DNA of 64,000 nt from Chiloscyllium plagiosum (Eukaryota). Below the pieces are notes generated by a model that searched no databases, was not told where the DNA came from, and worked only from the letters and a program-made list of their open reading frames with translations. The translations under genes were made by a program, and so were the position numbers. Of the stretch, positions 52,552-64,000 are shown in pieces. Location of the stretch: NCBI RefSeq assembly GCF_004010195.1, contig NC_057749.1, forward strand, positions 15,371,726 through 15,435,725, given 5' to 3'. Position 1 is the stretch's first letter. Every line of letters starts with the position of its first letter.

Positions 52552-52708
52552 TTCTGAAGTCCCACCATCGCTTTACCCAGCGTGAGGAACATGGCAATCA
52601 AACATCGGAGGATATCTTTCCTCTCCTCCTCAGAAACTGGATGCCGAGTGTTTGAGTACATGATCTCTTTGGCCTTTTCACAGTGTAGCTTTGCTTGCGG
52701 GGCCTGTC
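52552..52708 (-). CDS. TTC23L: Coding exon (GQAPQAKLHCEKAKEIMY...MFLTLGKAMVGLQ), ending at a U12 AT donor
   Basis: Acceptor ctgctcccacag; 157 nt, phase 1 to 2; followed by ATATCCTTTT. Confidence 0.9.
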
Positions 52709-53756
52709 CTGTGGGAGCAGTACGGCTTGTGAGAGAACGATTGTGCAACCTTTGGCTTACTGCTACAGATTACACTTTACTTTTGATCAGCAGCAATTTA
52801 AAATTGTTAACCATTCCTTATCTTCCCCCTCCCTCCCCCACTAGATGGGTCAGCAGCTGCCCAGTTATGTCCCAGGTTTTCATTCCACCCACCCTACATG
52901 GCATTACAATGAATATCCAGCTAGCGATTCACCTGTGATGAACACCACAAACATGTGCATTTACCAGGGAAAATGCCCTTTTAGCTCTAGTTAAGAAGGA
53001 CACTTCAGTGGATGTCCACTACTGATTTATTCCAAGACCACACTCAACTGAGGAGGTATTATCACCAGCCTGTTAATTCAGAAACTCAGTTATTGTTCCA
53101 GGGACCTGGGTTCAAATCGAATCATAGCAGATGGTGGAATTTGCATTCACTACATATCTAGGGTTAAGTGTCTAATGATGACCATGAAACCACTGCAGAT
53201 TGCTGAAAAACCCAATGGAGATCAGTGACCTCAGCAGAGACCTGAAATGAGGACCCAGTGGGCTGTTCAGTTTACTAACCATGTGAAGCTTAAATGTGCC
53301 AGCCTGATTGACATATGCAGCTTAGGAGGAGGAGGAAGGTAAGTAAGTAATGTTGACTTGTGCACAGGAATGGGCAGAAACACCCCAGCAGGCAAATATT
53401 TTTCAGTCGCATCTAAAGATGTGTGTGGGCAAAGGGGGTTAATCCTTCTCAGATATGTTTCCCCCGCCATGGACTGTTCTCCGAACTTCAAGCCCCATAT
53501 GTGGAATGCTCCAATGTATATAGCAGTTGTCAGACGAGGCTGCATAAGGTCTCGGGAGATGCCAGAAATAGCTTGGCTCACAGTCTGCAGTCTGTCAACA
53601 TGAGTCCACAACACACTCCTCGGAAGTAGTTTCATTACCATCATGTTTTATAATCAAACAGTGGATTGCTTGTTAGGAAATGGCTTGCTTCAGCAAAGAA
53701 ATAAACTGAGAACAAGGGAAACTAACAGAGGCGACATATTTATTAGAACATTAGAA

Positions 53757-54092
53757 GAATCATAGAAGCCATACAGTATTGAAAGAAGCCATTCGGCCCA
53801 TCAAGTCTGCACCAACCCTCCAAACAGCATCCCACCCAGAACCACTCCCTACCTTAACCCCGCATTTACCATGTTTAATCCATTTAGCCTATACATCCCA
53901 GGACATTGTGGATAATTTAGCAAGGCCAATCCACCTAACCTACACATCTTTGGACTGTGGGAGGAAATCCACGCAGACACGGGGAGTATGTGCAAACTCT
54001 GTACAGACAGACAGTCAGCCAATGCTGGAATCAAACCAGAGTCCCTGGTGGCCTGAGGTAGCAGTGCTAACCACTGAGCCACTGTACCCACC
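53757..54092 (-). mobile_element. HE1-type V-SINE
   Basis: Head, V-domain and tail on the minus strand. Confidence 0.85.
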
Positions 54093-54772
54093 TTATTAGA
54101 ACTGGTTTTATTTTCAACTGAGCACATTTAAGATTGGGGATCGATTCACATTGGGGAATTGTAGCACAGGTGCCATGTAGCACTTCAACCCTATACAGGC
54201 TTTCAAAGTCTGAGTGGAACACTGACAGCAACATGACTCTTCCCCTCACCCCTAGATTCATGGACCCACAGAAAACTCCATCAGGAATAAAAGGCAGAAA
54301 TTGCTGGAGAAACTCAGCAGCTCTGGCAGCATCTGTGGAGAGACAGGAGAGTTAGTGTTTTGAGTCCAGTGACCTTTCTTCAGAGTTGAAATAACTTTGA
54401 TTCCCAGCAGAACCCATTTCCTCATACATGGATAAAACACAGAATTTTAGGGACTGTTGAGTGAGTGGGAAACAGGGAGCTGTTGAGAAGTTGAGCTGTC
54501 AATACTGCGCTGTCTTTTGAACCATTTCCACACACTGGTGAATTGGCATTAAATACCAAAATGGCTTTCGTGGAAATTGGATACATTATGGGCTTGTGCA
54601 GGATAAGCAATGGGGATTTGAAAGAAAAACGCGCATTTATACAGTGGGTGGAATCTTTGTTTTGTCAGAGGCAAAGGGCTTCCTAAAAGGTTCCAACAAG
54701 TTCAAGAAGAGCTTCTTCCCTGTTGTTATTAGTCTTCTGAATGGACCTCTCAAATATAAAATCTAATCTACA

Positions 54773-56390
54773 CAGAACATAGAACAGTACAGGGCCTTCA
54801 GCCCTCAATGTTGTGCTGACCTTTCATCCTACTCTAAGATCAAACTAACCTAAATACCTTTTGTTTTACTATCATCCATGTGTCTATCCAAGAGTCGTTT
54901 AAATGTCCCTAATGTATCTGACTCTACTACCGCTGCTGGCAGTGCATTCTACACACCCACCACTCTCTGTGTTAAAAAACCTACCTCTGACATCTCTGCT
55001 AAACCTTCCTCCAATCACCTTAAAATTGTGCCCCTTTGCGATAGCCATTTCCACCATGGGAAAAGTCTCTGGCTGTCCACTCTATCAATGCCTCTCATCA
55101 TCTTGTACACCTCTATCATGTCACTTTTCATCCTTCTTCGCTCCATAAGACATGCCCTCCAATCCAGGCAGCATTCTGCTAAGTCTCCTCTGCACCCTCT
55201 CTAAAGTTTCCACATCCTTCATATAATGAGGCGACCAGAAGTGAACACAATATTCCAAGTGTGGTCTAACCAGGGCTTTAGAGAGCTGAGTATGACCTTG
55301 TGGTTCTTAAACTCAATCCCCCTGCTAATGAAAGCCAATACACCGTATGCCATCTTAGCAACCCTATCAACTTGGGTGGCAACTTTGAGGGATCTACGTA
55401 CATGGACCCCAAGGTCCCTCTCTTCTTAAACACTGCCAAGAATCCTGCCTTTAACCCTGTAATCTGCATTCAAATTCCACCTTCCAAAATGAACCACTTC
55501 ACACTTTTCCAGGTTGAACTCCATCTGCCACTTCAGCCCGGTTCTGCATCCTGTCAATGTCCCGTTGCAATCTACAACTGCCCTCCACACTATCCTCAAC
55601 TCCACCAACCTTCATGTCATCAGCAAACTTACTAACACACCCTTCCACTTCTTCATCCAAGTCATTTATAAAAATCACAAAGAGCAGAGGTCCCAGACAG
55701 ATCCTTGCAAAACACTACTGGTCACCGATCTCCAGGCTGAATACTTTCCATCTACTACCACCATCAGTCTTCTATGGGCCAGCCAATTCAGTATCCAGGC
55801 AGTCAAATTTCCCTGTATCCCATACCTCCTTACTTTCTGATTAAGCCTACCATTGGGAACCTTACCAAATGCCTTGCTAAAATCCATATACACCACATCG
55901 ATTGCTCTACCTTCATCAATGTGTTTTGTCACATCCTCAAAAGAATTCAATAAGGTTTCTGAGGCATGGCCTACCCCTCACAAAGCCATGCTGACTATCT
56001 CTAATCAAACTATGGTTTTCCAAATAACCATAAATCCTGTCTTTGAGAATCCTCTCCAATAATTTGTCCACTACCGACATAAGACTGACTGGTCTGCAAT
56101 TCCCAGGTTTATCCCTACTCCCTTTCTTGAACAAGGGAATAACATTTTCTGCCCTCTAAACATCTGGTACTACTCTAGTGGACAGTGAGGACACAAACAT
56201 CATCACTAAGGGCACAGCAATCTCTTCCCTCGCTTCCTGTAACAACCTTGGGTATATCCTGCCTGGCCCAGGGTACTTATCTATTCACATGTTTTTCAAA
56301 ATTTCCAACACATCCTCCTTCTGAACATCAATCTGTTTGAGTATTTCAGCCTGTTTCACACTGCCCTCACAAAAGACAAGGTCCCTCTCA
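54773..56390 (-). mobile_element. Decayed CR1 LINE (RT to 3' tail)
   Basis: FKKGSRDKPGNCRPVSL, VYMDFSKAFGKVPNGRL and KWQMEFNLEKCEVVHFGR in shifted frames. Confidence 0.9.
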
Positions 56391-57324
56391 GTAGATCTTG
56401 CTTTTTGTGCACGTTCGTTGCAGCTGTAACCTTGTGTTCCTCGCCCTGTTGTATCACCCTATGACCTCGCTGGGTATTGCTTATCATTTTGCCTCGAGCT
56501 CAAGATAAATAGATTCCCCAACCAACCTGTTATTATACCCCAGGGCAGCTGGGACTTGAACTCGGGTCGTCCTGATGCAGAGGTAGGGACACTACCACTG
56601 CCCGACAAGAGCCCCTCAACTGGAGCTGAGAACAATTGCAGCCGAGATAATGAGCCCTTGAGTGCACAATATTTGGCCTGAAATCGGTAGCAGGGCCAAG
56701 TGATTAACCCTGGGCCTTTCTACTCAGACAGTGGGACGTGGGCATCATTAGCTTAGCCAGTTCTTGTTGCATATTCTTAGTGGAAGGTTAAAGCAAGGAA
56801 ATAAGGTTTAAATTGTACCCAAACCTCAGTTGGTCACTGATTACAACGCTACTTGTAACAATGTTATTTGGCTACCGTGCACGTAGGAAGCTCATTAAGA
56901 CAGGGCATTGAACAATGATGCTGGGTTTGAGGGGCTCATATGCGACATGTGTTTGGGTTTTATGGCTTCTCTCTCTGCTCTGTGCTCTATGTTATATTTA
57001 GGATTAGCAACTTGAAATATCGAGAAAGAAGCAAGGCTAAAGGAGGATAAACATTATGAAAAGATTTTTAACTGGAGATGGATTACAGTATATCAATAAA
57101 ATGCGAACAGGCTGAGCTGCAGCAGGAGAATAACAGAGGGGAAGTTAAAGAAGTGCTTTCACACGGATTTATTAGAGCACAAAATGCTTCTCCAAACTGT
57201 CCAATTAAGTTGCCTTTCCGCAGAAGATTCTGCCCAGTAAAAAATCGAAAGCGGATGCTGGAAGTCTTAGATTTTATTGTCACGCGTACTCAAGTATGAG
57301 AGTACAGAGAAAACTGTGAGATCA

Positions 57325-57430
57325 GAATCAAAAACAGCAACTGCTGGAAAAGCTCAGCAGCTCTGGCAGTGCCTGTGGAGAGAAATCAGAGTTAACGCTT
57401 TGGGTCCACAGACCCTTCTTCAGAACTAAA
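57325..57430 (-). mobile_element. Family C Penelope terminus with degenerate hammerhead
   Basis: Matches 13960-14066; a similar copy lies at 54285-54388. Confidence 0.7.
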
Positions 57431-57597
57431 TTTCTGAAGATTCCACCCAGTGCCTGTCCCTGATCCTTCAAACATTACTACTGGACGTCCTAAGCTTACA
57501 AAACACATGCAAGACCTTCCTTTGTCCATATTTTTAGTGATACAGTACAGGAATTCCAGACAACAGCACATATTCTAGTCCTTGGTGCTTCACCTAC

Positions 57598-57721
57598 CTT
57601 TGATCTGCAGGTAACCTTCTGCTAGGTTAACATGTGCCCTGGCCACCTTCCAGTGCAGGTCCCCAAAACTGATCCTGGCCAGGGCCACGCAGCGTATGAG
57701 TTCCTGCATCGCAGGAGCATC
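57598..57721 (-). CDS. TTC23L: Coding exon ([42 protein letters not shown]); not in the ORF track
   Basis: Acceptor tttctgtcccactgtag, donor AAG|gtaggt; 124 nt, phase 0 to 1; the most conserved TTC23-family segment. Confidence 0.93.
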
Positions 57722-57868
57722 CTACAGTGGGACAGAAATCACAAACTCAAGGTAAGAACAAAGAGAAAATGCTAAAAGAGAAACCAACATGGTTGCCCAG
57801 TTGAGATGTTCAATGACATAACATTCCTTAAAAATTTCAAAGAGGAGACTCTCAGCTACGTCTGTATT

Positions 57869-59450
57869 GACTGCAGCATTGCAGGGGCCCGCAGAGACTG
57901 CAGCGTCGCAGGGGCCCGCAGAAACTGCAGCGTCGCAGGGGCCCGCAGAGACTGCAGCATCGCAGGGGCCCACAGAGACTGCAGCATTGCAGGGGCCCAC
58001 AGAGACTGCAGTGTCGCAGGGGCCCGCAGAGACTGCAGCGCTGCAGGGGCCCGCAGAGACTGCACCGTCGCAGGGGCCCGCAGAGACTGCAGCATCGCAG
58101 GGGCCCGCAGAGACTGCAGTGTCGTAGGAGCTCGCAAAGACTGCAGCGTCGCAGGGGCCCGCAGAGACTGCAGCGTCGCAGGGGTCCGCAGAGACTGCAG
58201 CGTCGCAGAGGCCCGCAGAGACTGCAGCGTCGCAGGGGCCCGCAGAGACTGAAGCGCCGCAGGGGCCCACAGAGACTGCAGCGCCGCAGGGGCCCACAGA
58301 GACTGCAGCACTGCAGGAGCTCGCAAAGACTGCAGCGTCGCAGGGACCCGCAGAGACTGCAGCATCACAGGGGCCCACAGAGACTGCAGCGCCGCAGGGG
58401 CCCGCAGAGACTGCAGCGTCACAGGGGCCCACAGAGACTGCAGCGTCATAGGAGCCCGCAGAGACTGCAGCGTCACAGGAGCCCGCAGAGACTGCAGCAT
58501 TGCAGGGGCACACAGAGTCTGCAGCACCAGAGGAGCCCACAGAGACTGCAGCATTGCAGGGGCCCGTAGAGACTGCAGCATCACAGAAGCCCGCAGAGAC
58601 TGCAGCGTTGCAGGAGCCCGCATAGACTGCAGCGTCGCAGGAGCCCACCGAGACTACAGCGTCGCAGGGGCCCACAGAGACTGCAGCACCAGAGGAGCCC
58701 GCAGAGACTGCAGCGTCATAGGAGCCCGCAGAGACTGCAGCGTCGCAGGGGCCCGCAGAGACTGCAGCGTCACAGGGGCCCACAGAGACTGCAGCGTCGC
58801 AGGGGCCCGCAGAGACAGCAGCGCTGCAGGAGCTTGCAAAGACTGCAGCGCTGCAGGGGCCCACAGAGACTGCAGCACCAGAGGAGCCTGCAGAGACTGC
58901 AGCGTCATAGGAGCCCGCAGAGACTGCAGCGTCATAGGAGCCCGCAGAGACTGCAGCGTCACAGGAGCCCGCAGAGACTGCAGCGTCACAGGAGCCCGCA
59001 GAGACTGCAGCATTGCAGGGGCACACAGAGACTGCAGCACCAGAGGAGCCCAGAGAGACTGCAGCATTGCAGGAGCCCACAGAGACTGCAGCATTGCAGG
59101 GGCCCGTAGAGACTGCAGCGTCGCAGGAGCCCGCAGAGACTGCAGCATCACAGAAGCCCGCAGAGACTGCAGCGTTGCAGGGGCCCGCATAGACTGCAGC
59201 GTCGCAGGGGCCCACTGAGACTACAGCGTCGCAGGGACCCACAGAGACTGCAGTGTCGCAGGAGCCCGCAGAGACTGCAGCACCAGAGGAGCCGCAGAGA
59301 CTGCAGCGTCGTAGGAGCCCGCAGAGACGGCAGCATCACAGGGACCTACAGAGACTGCAGCACTGCAGGGGCCCGCAGAGACTGCAGCATCACAGGGGCC
59401 TACAGAGACTGCAGCACTGCAGGGGCCCGCAGAGACTGCAGCATTGCAGA
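57869..59450. repeat. GC/CpG-rich 27-bp minisatellite (gagactgcagcgtcgcaggggcccgca), roughly 58 units
   Basis: Direct reading; it explains the 9-aa periodic ORFs on both strands. Confidence 0.95.
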
Positions 59451-59639
59451 CACAGTCAGCCAGTACAGCACACAACCTGCATACAGAGCCCAGTAAAGAA
59501 AGGTTTGACGTTTACAATCAATTAATTATTTTTACAAAGTGCATTCACCGTTGCAATGTAGGAAATATCTCAGTTAATTTGGGCATAGCCATCTCTCAAT
59601 GCAACACCAGTTTTAAACAAGCAAATTTGAGGGTTAAAT

Positions 59640-60492
59640 ATCATAGAGTCATAGAGATGTACATCATGGAAACAGACCTTTCAGTCCAACCCGTTCATGC
59701 CGACTAGATATCGTAAATAAGCCTAGTCCCATTTGCCAGAATTTGGCCCATATCTGTCTGAACACTTCCTAATCATATACACATCTAGATGCCTTTTAAA
59801 TGTTGTAATATTGTACCCACCTCCATCACTTCCTCAGGCAACTCATTATATACACACACCACCCTCTGTGTGAATGCATTGCCCCTTGGGTCCTTTTTAA
59901 ATCTTCCCCCTCTCATGTTAAACCTATGCCCTCTAGCTTTGGACTCCCCTACCCCGGGAAAATGACTTCGGCTGTTCATTCTATCCTTGCCCCTCATGAT
60001 GTTATAAGCCTCTACAAGGTCACCTCTCAGCCTCCGAAACTCCAGGGAAAATAGCCTCAGCGTATTCAGTCTCTCCCTATAACTCAAACCCCACCCCCCT
60101 CAGTCCCAGCAACATCCTTATAATCTTTTCTGAACCCTCTCAGGTTTAACAGCATACTTCCTATAGAAGGGCAACCAGAATTATATGCAATATGCCAGAA
60201 AGGGTCTCACCAATATCCTTTACAGCTAGACATCGAGATGACATCTCAACGCTTATACTCAATGTTCTGATCAATGAAGGCAAGCACACCAAGTTCCTCC
60301 TTCACCACCGTGTCTACCACTTTCAAAGATCTACACACCACACGCTAAGTCTCTTTTGTTCAGCAATACTCCCAAGTCCCTTATCATTCACCGTATAAGT
60401 TCTGCCCAGGTTTGCCTTATCAAAATGCAATACCTCACATTTATCTAAATTAAACTCCATCTGCCAATCCTCGGCCCATTCACCCATCTAAT
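59640..60492 (-). mobile_element. CR1/HER1 LINE 3' end
   Basis: SYRERLNTLRLFSLEFRRLRGDLVEAYNIM...; tail. Confidence 0.9.
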
Positions 60493-60994
60493 CAGGCCAT
60501 GCCACTTTGTCAGTCCGAGTCAATGGAAGGGGTTGATGGCCACGAGATTTCTTACCCAAAGATCTCTTCCATCTCTATGCAAAGCAACAATGCACAGTTG
60601 AATTAGTAGCAATTCTAATCGTTAGGACAAACGGTGGTATGTTTAAATTCAACCAGAATTCTTTCCTACTCATTCAATAGCCACCTACACTCTCTGTTGG
60701 GCCCCACATTAAAAGAGCGGTCACTTGGACAGTGGAGTTGGAAATTGTGAGGCCACATCTTAACAAAGTGTCCCAGAAGCTAGGAGTAGAAAGCTGGTGA
60801 ACAAAAAATAGACATTGCATTTCTATTTACAGCACAGAAACTGATGTCCATTCCAACTGCTCTTTATTCTTCACACCTGCCTCCTCCAAATCTCTACTTC
60901 ACTCTCTCAGCATAACCTTCTATTCCTTTCCCCTGCATGTATTTATCCAGCTTCCCCTTAAATGCATCTATACCACCGCGCCTCAGCAACACTA

Positions 60995-61495
60995 TTTTAA
61001 GGTGAGAGGAGAAAGACTTCAATAAAATTACATGAGGGGCAACTTGTTTTCCACAGAGAGTGGATCGTGTGTGGAATGAACTTCCAGAGGACATGGTGGA
61101 TGCAGGTGCAAAAACAAAGTTTAAAAGGCATTTCGATAAGTACATGAATAAAAAATGTTTGGAGGGATATGGGCCAAGTGCAGGTAGGTGGGACGAGTTG
61201 AGAAAGACTTCAATAAAATTACATGAGGGGCAATTTGTTTTCCACAGAGAGAGGATCGTGTGTGGAATGAACTTCCAGAGGATATGGTGGATGCAGGTGC
61301 AAAAGCAAAGTTTAAAAGGCATTTCGATAAGTACATGAATAAAAAATGTTTGGAGGGATATGGGCCAAGTATGAATAAAAAATGTTTGGAGGGATATGGG
61401 CCAAGTGCAGGTAGGTGGGACGAGTTTAGTTTGGAATTACAGTCAGCATTGACTGGTTGGACCGAAGGGTCTGTTTCCGTGCTGTATGACTCGAC
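60995..61495 (+). mobile_element. CR1 3' end with internal tandem duplications
   Basis: WNELPEDMVDAG occurs twice (about 191-bp period), plus a 36-bp duplication at 61335-61406. Confidence 0.85.
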
Positions 61496-62505
61496 AGTTT
61501 ATGTTAATGAGTTCCGCATTCTCACCACTCTCTGGGGGGAAAAAAGATCTTCTTCTGAATCCCTTCTTGAATCAATTAGTGATTAACCTATATCTATGGA
61601 CTCTAGGTTTGATCTGCCCCACAAAATGCGGGAGTGTTTTCTCTCTGACTACCCTATCCATCGCACTCTTAATTTTAATCACCTCCATCACATTTCCCCT
61701 CCAGCTACAGCCTGTTCATATTTTCCACAGAATCACAGAGCAGGACACCATTCAGCCCATCATGTCAGTACTAGTCTCTGAGCATTCTGACCAATTGCCA
61801 AACTCCCGCCTTTCCTTATAAAATTTTAATTTAAAAAAAGTTAACCTAGTTTCCTGTTCAGAAATGTTACTGCCCAGCTCTGGACTTGAACTCAGACCTC
61901 CCTGTCCAGGGGTAAGAACACAACCACTGTACCACAAGAGGGATCTCCCTGCCTTCCCTGCTAATGCTGTATGTTGGGTGATTATTTGAGTAGTAACAAT
62001 GCTCTCTGAAATGCCTTAATTGAACCCGTCTCCACCTCATGTCCAGCTGGTGCATTCCAGATAACTCTGTGTGGAAAAAGTTATTTCTCATCTGGTATTT
62101 CTTTCTTTTGTAAAACTTTTTAAATCTGTACCCTTTGGTTCTTGATCCTCTTATGGGCTACAACATTTTCTGCCTATTTACTCTATCCAGACCGCTCATG
62201 ATTTTGAAAGCTTCTGTCAAATCTCTCCATACCCCTTTCACCTCCAACGAAAACATTCCCAACTCTCTAATTTATCCTCACAACTGAGATTTCCCATCGT
62301 TGGAACCATTCTGGTAAAATGTTTCTGCATTCTCTCCAATGTGTTCACAATCTTCCTTAGTGTCATCCAGAATCTGAGGTCTAACTTGTACATTTCTGAT
62401 AATTTTAAGCTTTGGGTTTGAGTGTCAGGCTTGGAGACTTTGTTTTTGCACCTGCTCCAGTGCTTGTTTCACGATAGTGGGTAAGTTAGTCAATTTTCAC
62501 TTCAC

Positions 62506-62683
62506 CTCTTGACTTGCAGCATGTATTCTTGCTCTCTGCTCCGACTGCACTAGCTTTTCTTCTGGTGGAATCATAATTGCTGCTTCATTTGAGCCATTTC
62601 TGTATCTCCGCCCGAATCGCGATCTTTCGTTAGGGGTGTTGGGTGTGATAGCTCCTTCTGAACTTCTGCCAGTGTCACACAAC
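62506..62683 (-). CDS. TTC23L: Coding exon (LCDTGRSSEG...IPPEEKLVQSEQRARIHAASQE)
   Basis: Acceptor ttctcctcattccag, donor GAG|gtgaag; 178 nt, phase 2 to 0; contains the PPxEKL motif of the TTC23 family. Confidence 0.85.
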
Positions 62684-62849
62684 CTGGAATGAGGAGAACG
62701 TCAAGTAAAATTACAAGATTACATTATTGTACAAGATTTTCCTGTCAAGACACAGTATTCTGTAAAATCATTGTTCACAACTGCATAGCCAAATTATGCC
62801 CCACATCATTATTGGTTTTACTCTCTTAAAGGAAAGGTAAGGGTTATTA

Positions 62850-63475
62850 ACCAAAACTATCAATGTCCTGGGGGTTACCATTGACCAGAAACTCAACTGG
62901 ACTTGCCACATAAAAATAACAGCTGCACAAGCAGGTAAGAGGCTAGGAATATTGCAGTGAGTAATTCACCTCCTGACTCCCCAAAGCCTGTCCACCGTCT
63001 ACAAGTCAGGAGTGTGATTGAATACTCCCCACTTGCCTGGATGGGTGTAGCTCCAACAACACTCAACATCCAGGACTAAGCAGCCTGTTTGATTGGTACT
63101 ATATCCACAAGCAACTAATCCCTCCAACACTGATACTCAGCAGCAGCAGTATGTACTATCTACAAGATGCACTACAGCAATTTAGCAGCATCTTCCAAAC
63201 CCATGACCACTTCTATCTGGAAGGACAAGGGCAGGAGATACATGGGAATACCACCTCTGAGCCACTCACCATCCTGACTTAGAAATACATCGTCGTTCCT
63301 TCACTGTTGCTGGGTCAAAATCCTGGATTTCCCTCTCTAAGGGAGTTGTGGGGCAAACATAGACTGCAGCAGTTCGAAAAGGCAACTCAGCATTACCTTC
63401 TCACAGGGTAACTAGGGATGAGCAATAAATGTTGACCCAGCCATGGTTGCGCAAGTGCCATGAGTGAATAAAAAA
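62850..63475 (+). mobile_element. Old CR1-group LINE 3' end (same family as 4660-5490)
   Basis: gaccagaaactcaactggac...ctcctgactccccaaagcctgtccacc...; tail gagtgaataaaaa. Confidence 0.8.
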
Positions 63476-63749
63476 TCTTAAATTCACAGGCTCAGAAGCA
63501 CTTAACTGCTAAGGCATTATCCTGAGATAGAATCACTGCTGTAACATGGGAAACACGGGTGTAATTGGCACACAGCATGCTCCTGTAGCGCTGCTATAAA
63601 TATTTGAGATGATGGTAAGAGCTCTCTTTCTGTTTTTGAAACAATACCTTAGGATCTTTTGCATCCACTTGAGTGAGCTTATTGCACAACAGTACAATGG
63701 CATGTAGGCCCAGAGTATACAAGATAAAACACACAACGACGACTAGAAA

Positions 63750-63795
63750 ATCCAGTCCAATCCAGTCCAGTCCAGTCTAGTCTAGTCCAGTCCAG
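63750..63795. repeat. (CCAGT/CTAGT)n pentamer microsatellite
   Basis: Direct reading. Confidence 0.85.
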
Positions 63796-63825
63796 CTGCT
63801 TATTCAGAAAACAGAGAGAACTCAC

Positions 63826-63833
63826 CAGCTCAT
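63826..63833 (-). CDS. TTC23L: Putative first coding exon portion (ATG AGC TG; the exon may span 63826-63859)
   Basis: ATG AGC TG is followed by a perfect GTGAGT donor. Its phase-2 end matches the phase-2 start of exon 62506-62683 (TG+G=Trp). An upstream acceptor tttttatgtccag ends at 63860. Confidence 0.5.
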
Positions 63834-64000
63834 TATATCAAACCATGGTATCTTGAACACTGGACATAAAAACGGAATTCAAATATTCCTCTGGCAATGA
63901 AGCTTTCCCCCAACAATGCACTTAATCTCGATTATGCACTGAAAACTGTACTGAGGAACCTTACCATACAACCTTCTGTCTCATACGTGAGAATTGGGTC

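Larger units (their letters stand above)
3706..63833 (-). other. TTC23L: Multi-exon TTC23-family (TPR) gene, probably TTC23L; coding span of the 10 identified exons (terminal exon not resolved)
   Basis: The spliced exons give one open frame of about 412 codons (MSWLCDTG...PPEEKLVQSEQRA...[36 protein letters not shown]...FGDFSVEVEETYHLFGG...CLGIQTFLYGSQHKKTRATQETVKLLSK). It is colinear with TTC23/TTC23L as I recall those proteins, and all intron phases are compatible. TTC23 vs TTC23L is judged from recalled residues (ELIRC, FGD, ARA, LTLGR, FEK, AYA), not from a computed tree. Confidence 0.85.

Noticed and set aside
57722..59242. 506-aa ORF (AAVSAGPCD)n as a protein-coding gene
   Set aside because: It is the translation of a 27-bp minisatellite that is open in several frames on both strands; no domain or exon signals support it.

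Overview
Eukaryotic, repeat-rich vertebrate DNA, most likely from a shark: it carries HE1-type V-SINEs, HER1/CR1 LINEs and Deu-domain SacSINE1-like SINEs. One protein-coding gene spans almost the whole window on the minus strand. It is a TTC23-family tetratricopeptide-repeat gene, most likely TTC23L, with 10 phase-compatible coding exons read directly from the sequence (63833 to 3706, about 412 codons; the terminal exon is unresolved). One intron (49257-52551) is a textbook U12-type AT-AC minor-spliceosome intron. The introns contain CR1 LINE 3' ends, tRNA-derived SINEs, a Tigger-like MITE, two LTR-like elements, 24/26/27-bp minisatellites and many Penelope-like (GIY-YIG) retroelement remnants. 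The most striking non-coding signal is about 20 dispersed copies, in four sequence families, of a minimal type-I hammerhead ribozyme core (CUGA(U/A)GA-stem II-GAAA-palindrome-UH). These sit at Penelope ends, often in short TSD-flanked fold-back cassettes, two of which lie inside the U12 intron. There are two assembly gaps, and a ~2.35-kb near-identical duplication around the second gap is probably an assembly/haplotype artefact.
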